From Trichoplax adhaerens (lineage: Eukaryota; Animalia; Placozoa), in NCBI RefSeq assembly GCF_000150275.1, contig NW_002060943.1:11656878-11720877 (forward strand): DNA of 64,000 nt, in the 5' to 3' direction. Below, in pieces: positions 53,101-64,000 of the stretch. A program made the translations under genes and the position numbers. The stretch's first letter is position 1, and every line of letters begins with the position of its first letter. The notes under the pieces were generated by a model. It did not search any database and was not told the DNA's origin. It worked only from the letters and a program-made list of their open reading frames with translations.

Positions 53101-53517
53101 ATTAATTATGACTTATAATGACTATGCAGAAAGCTGGTGGGGGTGTTTCAGCAGGTAGTCCGAAATTAAGACATAAAGTTCGATCACGACGAGCTAGGCA
53201 CAGTCCAACAGTGACGGTTCTATTAAATCCTGACGAACAACAGCAACTATTTAATTCTAATACAGAAACACAAACATCAACAGAATCGTAAGTAAATTTC
53301 ATCAATTGCAATTATTACTCATTCCTTATTTTATTCCAAATTGCTGTTAAACAAATGAGAGTTTAGTGTAACATAATGTAGATTTTCGTTCATTAAAAGC
53401 GATAACCGTGCAATGATTTTGCGTAGGAATTTCAAGCGCCTTCTTGAAAGGAGACACTCTGTGCATGCAGCAAAACCTGACGAATGCGATACAGAAGATT
53501 CTGATGATGAATTTTAA
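44138..53517 (+). CDS. NOS: Nitric oxide synthase with N-terminal PDZ domain (PDZ-oxygenase-CaM-FMN-FAD-NADPH), multi-exon
   Basis: PDZ in exon 44138-45013 (NYGFQV...[12 protein letters not shown]). Zn motif [11 protein letters not shown]; heme [13 protein letters not shown]; FNGWYMGTEIG; [14 protein letters not shown]; [11 protein letters not shown]; [10 protein letters not shown]; RYYSISSSP; [18 protein letters not shown]; IYVCGD; RYHEDIFG. Three further in-phase exons lead to TAA 53515-53517; an alternative stop lies at 52572-52574 if that intron is unspliced. Confidence 0.97.
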
Positions 53518-54943
53518 AATATGGTCATTATTTATTTAAATAGTTTTTCCAATCGGAAAGTAGTGTGATATTAAGGAATAATGATGGCGAAATTACATTG
53601 ACTTAATTTAACAATGGATTTAGTAATAATTTCAATATCTAATGCGCTTATTCTATCATATCGGTTTAAATTATCTTTTTGAAGTTTGTTTATTGCTCTA
53701 ATGATTTTATTATGGCTAGGAATATAAAGATATTCGTGCACATTTATCAGTTATTTTCCTTTTATTAGTTCAACTTTTATTACCAGGAACTGAAGGACTT
53801 TTTCGATTTGATCATTATAGTGATTAAAATATGTATTTGTGAATTGTATACTTTACTGATGCGATTTCCTTGTCATGATGCTATATTAAACTATATCAGC
53901 TATAAATAAAGGTCGATTGCATATGATAAAAATTCTTTGTTATTTTCATGTAATATTTATTACCCTTTACCATTTAGTCGTTAGAATCGACTTATTGGTA
54001 TCCTATATTCTATCGTATTTGTTGATACTTAACCAAAACTGTCCTGTAGGCTGTAGCCACATCTAGTACTACTACGTTGCCACAACTACCCTTGCGACAC
54101 AAGAAAATGACACAGCACTTATAATAAACTTTACTTCAATCCGCATAACTACTTCTCTAGCCTACGGTATAGTAATTGGAATTCTTGCGCAGTGCTGTAC
54201 AGACTAATTTGCTTAACATAACATACGGTATATAACTTTTACACAACTTAGCCTTAACCTGAAGCACTTTTTATTGATCGCAGTCCTACTTGCATACTCT
54301 TTTAATCGGTATATAACCTATTTACTATGCTATCAACGTATTTCAATAACAAACATGTTACTACGATTAAATTATCCAATATGGACATTCTAGGTAATAA
54401 ACAATTTCATACGTAAGTCTACTTCGATAGGTCAAACATTGTCGATACGGGCTAACTTGAGTTTGCCCGTTAGGCAGGGCAAACCTAGGTTTTCCTGTAA
54501 CATATATATTGCATGTTCATTTCGAACGGATGTCTCAACTAGTACTGTATACGAGAAGCCATTTCGATATTCTACCTATACCATAAATGGCATGGAGGTC
54601 AATGGTATAAAATGATTAAAAATAACTAGTAGACCTATACGTAGAATATTTATGCCTTCATTAGCAATATGCAAGATTCCTGTACGCAACATCGTACCCC
54701 TTTAAAATTAACTTTATGTCAGCATATGCAAGGTCGGATTACAATTCGTGCAATAGAAACTCTCCTTTGAAAATACTTCTGACGGCTACTAATAAAATAA
54801 AATAAAATTAAATTAAAAGCACTAGAGAAAAGAGAGAAGTTCAGCAAGTCCGCTAGCACCGTCTGTCTGACTCTAACTGAGTATCACTTTCTGTCCGTCG
54901 GTGTGTATGGGCAGGTAACCAGTTCACGATAATTGGTCCTTGC

Positions 54944-54996
54944 TGACATACTGTACACTGTCCAGTGTACAGTACACTATACTGGACAGTATGTCA
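54944..54996. repeat. Nested inverted repeat upstream of ACOX3
   Basis: Outer arms tgacatactgt / acagtatgtca; inner palindrome tactgtacactg-tc-cagtgtacagta. Confidence 0.85.
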
Positions 54997-55436
54997 TTGA
55001 TGCGATCATCCAAGTCTGAAAGACGATATAACTCTGGTATAGGAAGTTCTGGGCCAAAATAATCTCGACTTCTGTATCACTCGATTGCTGTTCAAAGATC
55101 CAAAATAATTATATAATCATCTTCATTTTTGTATTAGTTGTTTGCTGTTAAAAGGTGAGTGAATATTGTAAAAATTTAAAGATACCTTTGATAGACTGAA
55201 CGCTTACTTATGCTTATAGCGCTTGCTGATAGAAGTACGAATACTTTGCGATGATGCATCGACAGTTCAAGTCACTACTGTTATTTATACTTTATAAGTA
55301 TTGATCAATAATTCATTAATAACTAATAACTAATCCATAACAATCATGATAACTAGAAATTACCCGTTCGATTGAACGTCAAGTTGAAACTTACCAAAAA
55401 TAATAGAAAACTCAAATTTTGAAATAGTAGCCAACT

Positions 55437-58400
55437 ATGGCAGGAAAGGACAGGTTTGTGAGTTAGTCTGTAATTAGGAGATAGGATTGGAATCTGAAGG
55501 AGTTTCCTTTATTAATTAATTGTATTTTTAACTAGCTGGTAGTAGAGTACAGTACTGGTAAACTACCCGTATGAATATTAACGGTAAAATAAAATTAGAA
55601 ATTGATTTACAGAATTGGTGGTATTGTGATAATTGATTATAATTTTCTGTGCTAGCTAATTAAGCAATAAATTCAGTATGCTCGTTCAACTGCAATCATT
55701 CATTGATTAATTAGAATAGATTAGTAATAAGACTAACTCGCCAGTTGCTAGAGGAAACTAGAACACAATTGCCATGAAAGGAATGATATATCTTTCAAAG
55801 ATACGTTATAGAATTGAAAAGGATTAGCAGTTAAACGGTAGTAATAAGACTAACTCGCCAGTTACTAGATGAAACCAGAACACAATTACCATGAAAGGAA
55901 TGATAGATATATCATTCAAAGATACGTTATAGAATTAAAAAGGATTAGCGGTTAAACGGTAATAATATCCCTGAAATATGATCGGAAGATTCGTTTTGCT
56001 TTACAGCTATAACAATACCTCCACGAATCCCTTGGATCGATATAGACACCAAGCTTCATTTAATTGGCAAAAATTGCAAGAGTATTTCTTTGGCGGTAAA
56101 GATATTGTCCAATTTAGGGCAGCTGTTTCCAAAATGTTGGAAGCAGATCCAATATTTCATCGTCCTATTAAAGAGTTGAGTCGAGATGAAGAGCAACGTA
56201 GAGCTATGATTCAATGCATGAGATTTAGTGAATATAACTTCTTGTCCGAGGAAGAAACGGAGAGCAACATTTGTAAAAGAAGAGTATTAACTGAACTCTT
56301 AAACATGGTGAATCGCAATGCAGCTGCAAAGCGATATCTGCATGAAACGGTAACTAACCTATCTAGTACAATTCAATTCAGTAATACTAGTGCAAACTCC
56401 CGTCGCTTTGCTGACGGTTTACGATAATGTGCTCATTTAACAGATAGTATTACCATTTGATAGACCTGTCAGAGGTTCAGTAACTTTTTACCGTTATCCG
56501 TGTACTGTATGCTGTACAAAAGTACAGTACTGTTAATTCTAAATATGTCTGCATGCATTGAAAGTTAGTTTGTTGTTGTTGCATGATAGTGCAATTATGG
56601 TGTTAGAAATATTCTGTCTTATTAACTATTATCTTGATTACTATTATCGTTTATAAAATGCCTATTGGTATGCATTAGCTATTCTCAAAGGGCGTTACTT
56701 TGCTGGGTACGAGGAGACATGTCCATTATGTTAAGCAATGTCTGCAATATCAGGTAGGAAATCGCTCAACTATTTCACAGTGCTCAATATATGGTGCTTT
56801 CGTTCTATTGTAACTTTAGCCAATAAAACTAGATAGTTACAATTGAATTTTGCGATATTGATACAATATAAATGTAGTTAAGCGTATCATAAACTAGTAA
56901 TTTGATTTTGTTTATTGATGTAAGAAGATTAATCACAGTCATACACGAAAAGATGCTTTGAAATTTGATGACATCACAAGCTGTTTAGTAGCGTTTTGTT
57001 TGCTTTTTTTAGTTATATGGGTGTTTTGCGCTGACCGAGTTAAGTCATGGTAGTAATGTACGAAGTATGAGGACAACTGCAACATTTGATCCTAATACTC
57101 AGGTATGTTGCTATACGAGCGTACCTATGGAAAATGTTATCAATATCGGCAGATGTGACAACCATTGCGAAAAGTGTAACTTCTTGTATCATATGTTTTC
57201 GATATTACATTCGTTTACGTAAAAAAGACCTGGATAGGTTTTATTCGGTATTTGTACGTGCATGTTTTTTGAAATGTGTAAACTTCTTCCTATGTACTCT
57301 GATTTATTAAATGCAAGTATTAGTATAGGATAACAGGTCATACGTCAATATCAAATACTACTTTATGAATTAGGAATTTGTGCTCAATACTCCCAATTTC
57401 GAAGCTACAAAGTGGTGGATTGGTAATTTAGGAAAAACTGCTACCCATGCACTTCTTTTCGCTCAACTGTATACTGCTGATGGAAGATGTCATGGTCTTC
57501 ATTCTTTTGTTGTCCCTATCCGTGATCCCGTATCTTTAATTCCTTACCCTGGCGTAATAGTTGGAGATATTGGCAAAAAAATTGGTCAAAATGGTATTGA
57601 TAGCGGGTAACATATTTTATGTCTAAATTTTGATGTTAATAGGTATTTTTATATTTGACAATGACCTAGTTACGTATTTCCAGTCCATACGGTGTACTAT
57701 TTTATTGAAAGTAACCCTTCAATGTTTTAGGTTTGTTGCATTCAACGAATTCAGAATTCCTCGGGAAAATCTTTTGAATCGGTATCGAATATTTTCTTTA
57801 ATACTTATAAGACTTAAGGGCAAGAATAGATAATACAATTTAAGGTCTATATCGCTAGGACTGGTGATGTTACGTCTCAGGGAAAATACGTAAGCTCTTG
57901 CAAAGTAAGTACAGAGCTTCTCTGCATATTAGACTACAATTTCTGACACGATGTTATCTCTTTCAGTTTACGTTATTGCCTAGTTTGATATAGTTCAATT
58001 TAAACAATTTTAGGATCCAAATCAGAGACTTGCAATAACCCTTCCGATATTATCGATTGGCAGAATTCTTATAACGGATGCGGCAGTTATAAATATGAAG
58101 GCTGCTATTATACCCGCTATTAGGTTCTACATAGCCTGAAATAAACTATATTTCTTTGATACCTGAATCTGTATTCATTAATGTCGGTATATGAGATTTT
58201 TTAATTGTTTATTTAACAGGTACTCAGCTGCTCGGCGTCAGTTTGGACCGAAGTCTTCTGGAGAGGTTGCAATAATTGAATACCAACTGCAGGTACCGCA
58301 GCTACTGTATTTTATTTTAATTTTATGCAGGATTAGATAACTCAGGTAACTGAAAATATCGACAACTTTATTCCACTCTCTTTCAGCAATGGAGACTCTT

Positions 58401-60290
58401 CCCGTACCTTGCTGCAATTTATGCTTTAAATGCTTTCATGGTCAGTTTCTTTGAGGATTATGCCTACATGGAAAAATTAGCAGCCACCGAATCTCAATAT
58501 GATTTACAAGCACAATTAAATCAAGAAATACATGTTCTATCTGCAGCTAGTAAACCATTAAGTACGTGGCTTGCTCGAGACGCAATACAAGAGTGTAGAG
58601 AAGCTTGTGGTGGACATGGCTTTCACGAGGGTACTATGTTATATATGCTGTAATTTCTACTAATTTACAATGTCTACATAGATTTGACTATTTTATTATC
58701 CTCTGAATTTTAAGCTTTATAATAAACGCATTATTTTTTAGCCGCTCGATTTGGAGACTTACGTAATGACAATGATCCAAGCTGCACCTATGAAGGAGAT
58801 AACAATATCTTGTTACAACAAACCAGCAATTACTTACTGACTCTACTTTTCCTAAAATCTACTAGAGGTTTTATTTACTATTCGTCAGCGTTTATACTGA
58901 AATTAATAGCCTGCAGATTTGGTACAGTGATGTCGAATTACGTCATATTCTACTATTCTATTTGATAGGCATCGAGATACGATCACCATTAGGTAGCGTA
59001 AATTTTTTAAATAATGCTGAGCCTATTCTACGCAAAAAATTTAAGCCCAGAACAGTTGCTGATTGTAGAGATATGAAAGGTATTTTAATTTAACTAATTT
59101 TGTAGTACTATTATGTTAAATTCTTTAGAGGTGTTAAACAACTGTGAAAATTGATAGTAAGACATTCAATACTTTCAGTAATACTCCGAACTTATCAATG
59201 GTTGGTGGCATATTTGGCTAAAAGAAGCGTCGAAAGAGTACAGAGTAGCCTAGGAGTAAATAAGGTACCATCTTTCGGTCATAAAGAGCACTCTTTTCTA
59301 GTGTCAAACCTTAAAGAGATGTGGTAAACGTTTAATTTATATTTCTGCAGGATATGTTTTCGGCCAGGAATGGTAATCAGGTATTTCATTGCCGTCCATT
59401 GGCATTAGCATTTATAGAGGTAATCCGTTGTGTAGATACACACTTTATCATCGTTACTATATTTATACCGATGCTCTATAGCATAAATAATTAATTAATC
59501 ATAATGAATATTCATTAACTGTAAATATAAAATAATTTTTCGTAACAGAATCGGGTTTTGGAAAAATTTTATGAACATATTAATAACGCACCTGATAATG
59601 GCAATATTAAATCAGTATTAGTAAGGCTTTTTTTACTGTATGGATGGTGGAGCTTAGATAAACACCTAGCCCTGCTTCTTCAAGGTATGTGTTAATCGTA
59701 GATTGAAAGGCATTTTAGTCGACTTGTGTCATTTTTATCGATGGAGTTAATGTTGTAATCTTAGGCTTGTTTAACTATTGAATTCAGGTTCTTATATCAC
59801 CAATGATGAGTGTGTAGACTTGATCCACGATACTATTGTACGCCTTTGTGATGAGGTATGCAAAAGTTAACGTAATTCGAAAGCCAATAATTGTATGATG
59901 TTTTAAATTTGATGCAAAGGTCTAAGATCAGAAGTTTTTTGAGGCAACTTGCTTTCATTCAACGAAACATTGCTATAAAAATTATTTACGATTTTGTCAT
60001 ACTATTATCTAGCTAAAACGTGATGCCGTACGTTTGGTAGACATAATAGCGCCGTCTGACTTCTTACTGGATTCAGTAATTGGAAGTTACAACGGCCAGG
60101 TAAATTTGATTTATATTGTAAAACAAAGCAATACTTGCTCATTTTAAATCACTCATGCTTAATTTCTTAGATATACAAGGATATATATCAGCGGACAATG
60201 ACTACGCCAGGCTCGTTATCAAGGCCGGATTGGTATGACGTTTTTTTAAATAAGCCGAAGATTCGATCAAAACCGTTAGCGAAACTGTAA
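55437..60290 (+). CDS. ACOX3: Peroxisomal acyl-CoA oxidase 3 (pristanoyl-CoA oxidase type), multi-exon
   Basis: Probable first coding exon 55437-55453 (MAGKDS), phase-matched to [20 protein letters not shown]. Motifs: [69 protein letters not shown] (catalytic Glu). Ends in PTS1 AKL* (TAA 60288-60290). Confidence 0.95.
55722..55962. repeat. Intronic direct repeat, ~117-120 bp x2
   Basis: tagtaataagactaactcgccagtt...ggattagc(a/g)gttaaacgg at 55722 and 55839. Confidence 0.95.
56387..56429 (-). mobile_element. Helitron-like 3' end (hairpin + CTAG), copy 2, in an ACOX3 intron
   Basis: Minus strand: ...ccgtcagcaaagcgacgg gagtttgca CTAG|T, a GC hairpin 9 nt before CTAG followed by T. 37 bp identical to 1839-1875. 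Confidence 0.65.
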
Positions 60291-60681
60291 CACAATCTTA
60301 TGTACATATAACTTAATTTTGCACTTATTATTACAATGAATGGCATTGTTCTTAATAAAAGGATGAACGCAAGTACAGCAATAAGATTTTGAAATGGTAA
60401 AGTGTTTATTTCAGTAATATCCCATGCTTAAACTTTGTTATGAAGCTTTGCGCACAGAAAATATGGTTGTAACTATCATCATTTCTTAAATTTTTGATTT
60501 CTTGCATACCTATTAGAAATAAAAATTATAAACAGTTACGGCATTTACCTTCACCATACGGTTGTAGCTAATAAATTTATTGAATAAGGCTACATCAACG
60601 TTTGTGCGTACAGAGATTCAGATAATATATTTGATAAGTCACCCACAAATGTCAGACAATGTAGGTAATAGTGATCATCAT

Positions 60682-60760
60682 GATTGCAGTTATGACATGC
60701 ATGCTACGTTGAACAATATCGCTCAAGTAACTCCGTGTGGACACAAATTTCGTTGATGTT
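60682..60760 (+). pseudogene. Possible decayed RING-finger (TRAF/TRIM-like) fragment
   Basis: Reads ...LNNIAQVTPCGHKFR*C. TPCGHxF is typical of C3HC4 RINGs, and the next codon CGT is one base from TGT. Weak. Confidence 0.25.
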
Positions 60761-62164
60761 CAAAGGGATATTTCTCTACTGAATCAGCTGTACAGTATAC
60801 GAATTTCTTTTAAACAATCACCCTCACAAAAATCTCGGTATTGTGCATACGTACATGTGTTGTTTTTCGTATCGGCACATGAAGTAGTCACGAATAAGCA
60901 ATTATTAAAATTTTGCTTCTGTCCAAATCTTAGTCAAAACCTGCATCACATCATTTGGCTAAGCGTTCCATCTTGAAAATCTATGGAAAAGTATGTTAAC
61001 GAAACAGGGAGTATTTAAGCAGTGGTTATGTTGTCAACAGCTTAACCATTATAAGTCATTATTTAAAAACTATCTCAGAGAATTGTAGTCATTGTATTCC
61101 ACATGGATGATTCAAATACATATTTTGATCTCATCATACACGTATGATATTTATTTATTTTCTACTTTATACAGTATACGTATCATAGCTGTACGAGCTA
61201 TATAATTACAGGAATAAAACTTTAAGAATAACTTTTTATCTTACCTTATGATTCATTTCTTTCAAGCGATATTCTTTATTATAAATGGAAAGGGATACTT
61301 GATAGCTGCGTCATAGCTTCTGTAGTATACGTTCATGTTACAAATACACGAAGATTATAATATCAGTGTTAATGCAGTAAATTACATCACCAAAGATAAA
61401 CTGAAACTTATTAACATTAGACATGTATGATTAATTAGGGCTATTCTAGGGCTGTCATTTAAATAAGTATTTCAAGATAGATCAGAACTTCAGCTATTAT
61501 CACGGTTGAATCAGAAACACGGACCATGAAGTTACAATTTCATCACATACTATCTTGTACCCAATTTCGCTATTACACTTATTAGTTTCATTGCTTACAA
61601 TGGAGACGATACCTATTTAATTGTGGAAGTGAGCTGTCGCGAATCTTTATGTGGAACGATTCCAGCGTCAGTATTCCTGCCATGCTTCCACGAAAATAGT
61701 TTTCAACAGCATTCTTTCAGCTTTTTAAGCTCTTTTCAATCAAAGTTATGTAGATATTTAAGATAGAAAGATCATATAAATAAGTAAGTACAATTTACAT
61801 CAAACTAAAAGTAAAACGGCTCTTTCAACATACCAAATTTAAGCTGCAGCACTTGTCAAGAATAATGATGTCCCAGTCATTCCGACATTTGCAATTCATC
61901 CTCTCGATTCTCCTTGTCGATGACTATCACAATACTGTACTATGTATAAACTAGCTTATTACTTCAACAGATCCAAATGTCGAACATGTCAAGTAATTGT
62001 CTGTCTATTTACGGAATTAGTAAATTAAAATCGCGCAGTTTTATTCTCGGATAGGCATAAGATCTAACGTAAAATTCAACTTTGTAGCGGAGTGTTCGAG
62101 GCCTTGCAAGGAAATCTCAACCAACACGTGCAGCTAGGACTGTTGCTTCTTCTTTTCTGCACGT

Positions 62165-62760
62165 ACAGTACTCAGGGTGTCTCATAAAAGTACAGTACAG
62201 TACGGTAGGATTGTATGGAGCACTATAATAGCGGAGACCTTCCAAATAGTGTGGAAAGGACGGACGCGAGGACTGCCAAGGATTTTACGGTACTGTACTG
62301 TACTGTATCATACTATACTTACAGCCTACAGTACTGTATACGGTACTCAGCGTGTCTCATAAAAGTACAGTAGGATTGTATGGTGGAGCACTGTAATAAC
62401 GGAGACCTTCCAAATAGTGAGGAAAGGACGGACGCGAGGACGGTCAAGGATTTTACTGTACTGTACTGTACAGTACAGTATAGGGTATCTCATAAAATGT
62501 ACAGTATACAGTACAGTACAGTACAGTAGGATTGTATGGGAGCACTGTAATAACGGAGACCTTCCAAATAGTGACGAAGGACGGACGCGAGGGCGACCAA
62601 GGATTTTACTGTATCATACTGTACGAAGGTCTGTCTGTACGATTGTCACCGGGAAGTACAGTATTTAGTACAGTAGTCTACAGTACTGTACTGTACTGTA
62701 TCTCTAGTCAAAACCTTATCACGTTAACTTGACAAAGTACTGTACGTGCAGTACTGTGCG
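62165..62760. repeat. Three-copy ~130-175-bp tandem repeat interleaved with TACAG/TACTG arrays
   Basis: Core tctcataaaa...taggattgtatg...gagcact(a/g)taata(g/a)cggagaccttccaaatagtg...aaggacggacgcgagg...caaggatttta at ~62180, ~62355 and ~62488. Confidence 0.95.
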
Positions 62761-62893
62761 GTAAGTCAGTCCTAGCGGTAACGAGTGTACACTGTACAGC
62801 ACAGTAATACTCTCTATACTGAATGTGGTGCTAGTACTAGGAGCCGTAACTTGTAGTCTTGTACGCTCTACAGTCTATGCTATTTGCTCCTTT

Positions 62894-62907
62894 GTTGCTA
62901 TAGAAAC
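62894..62907 (+). promoter_or_regulatory. RFX X-box upstream of MORN3
   Basis: GTTGCTATAGAAAC fits the 14-bp X-box imperfect palindrome, about 235 bp upstream of the ATG of a cilia/flagella-associated gene. Confidence 0.7.
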
Positions 62908-63140
62908 GACCAAATTGATGCAATACTAATTCTGTATAGCTAATAGAGCGTTGTGTTGAAGACTTCTTATTATAACCAATCAATAATAAAGAGTAAGAAC
63001 TAGCAAACTAGTTAATATCACTATCATTTATACCCATAACAGTCCTAGGCTATTGTACATTAATACACTTACTGTACTTCATCATAATACCACGAAGATT
63101 ATCAAAAGTGAATCGACTACCAATAAAGTTTATAGACAAG

Positions 63141-63906
63141 ATGCCGATTGAAAAACAACCAAAGATTCGCGAACCGATGTGGCACGAATGGGATGATAAG
63201 GCTCAAAAGAAAGGAATACATCATACAGTTTACACCGTGAATGGAGATCATTACACCGGAGATTGGAGCAATAATAAAAAAAATGGTTAGAAATGATCTC
63301 ATATTCCTGCAACATGAATTACAAATTGTCATCGTACATCTTATACCGTAGTCTCATAATAGTATGGGAACTTTTAAATGAAATATGCGTAAAGATGTGC
63401 TACAAATCCAACAAATTAGAACTAGTATCAAAATGATCTACAACTTTCACGAAAATAAGTACACGAAAAGTACTGAAATTATTCGTATATTTAATTCAGT
63501 AGACACGTTCATTACTGTAATATACTATCATTGGTTATTGCCATACTTGAACGCTAAATTTTATGGGTTTATATAATACAGAAGCCAAATCAATACTTTA
63601 GTAAATCATATTAAAAAAGTTTTCACTTAATCTAATTGCTTTTTATCTAATAATATACTTTATTAAATATAAAACTATCGTATTCTTTCCGCGTTACGAT
63701 CACTGAAGGAATTTCAGAGAAAAATATTGATACCTAAAAAAATGACTTTATTAGGCAAAGGTACACAATTCTGGAAAAAGTCAGGTACTATCTATGATGG
63801 AGATTGGAAAGACAACAAACGTCATGGTTTTGGCACCCTTAGTGTTCCAGTTAAAAATGGCTATCGTAAGGTATATTCTGGCGGTTGGAAAAACGGCATG
63901 CGACAC
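63141..63906 (+). CDS. MORN3: MORN repeat-containing protein 3, first two coding exons; continues past the window
   Basis: 63141-63285: MPIEKQPKIREPMWHEWDDKAQKKGIHHTVYTVNGDHYTGDWSNNKKN. 63755-63906: GKGTQFWKKSGTIYDGDWKDNKRHGFGTLS...RKVYSGGWKNGMRH. Matches the MORN3 N-terminus (MP.K.PK...W..WD.KAQ..G). Confidence 0.9.
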
Positions 63907-64000
63907 GTAAGTTAGTTTGATGTCTTGCGTCTAACCTTAGCAAGTGAATTGTTAGATATATTACATTTCCGTACTAATCTACGTCACTGATAACATTTTA

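Noticed and set aside
53503-53517. NOS C-terminal DDEF resembling a KDEL-type retrieval signal
   Set aside because: NOS has no signal peptide and is cytosolic.
54447-54488. Overlapping hairpins (acgggc...gcccgt; gtttgccc...gggcaaac) followed by CTAG
   Set aside because: Spacing does not fit a Helitron end and no second copy was seen; unassigned.
55978-56006. ORF-track start [10 protein letters not shown] for ACOX3
   Set aside because: This is intronic acceptor sequence (tttgctttacag). An upstream exon 55437-55453 supplies a phase-matched start.
62177-62732. Short ORFs with repeated GRTRG/YSTV motifs
   Set aside because: They are translations of the tandem repeat and pentamer arrays.

Overview
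AT-rich, intron-dense animal genomic DNA with short GT-AG introns. The gene content and compactness suggest an early-branching metazoan, probably a placozoan such as Trichoplax; this is inference. Manual splicing gives, left to right: a disabled Spondin_N exon (-), two convergent and strongly diverged PARP1 paralogs (A on +, B on -), two GPI-anchor-type Spondin_N-only genes (-), an ~11 kb gene-free interval, a PDZ-containing nitric oxide synthase (+), ACOX3 (+) and the 5' part of MORN3 (+) with an RFX X-box. The most unusual feature is the PARP pair. Both copies have lost the Zn3-Trp and WGR residues that couple DNA-break sensing to catalysis. A keeps the H-Y-E triad but has Y907->Q. B has H862->Y, G863->Q, Y907->R and E988->D and lacks Zn2 and BRCT, so it looks like an intact pseudo-enzyme beside a rewired enzyme. 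Both keep a U12-type intron splitting the catalytic-acid codon. Other notable items: a micro-exon-built Thr-rich stalk in a two-domain spondin, a NOS with an internal RRTQS insert and a splice-switchable long C-tail, Helitron 3' ends, and TACAG/CTGTA pentamer arrays upstream of four genes. All exon structures are manual predictions without transcript data.
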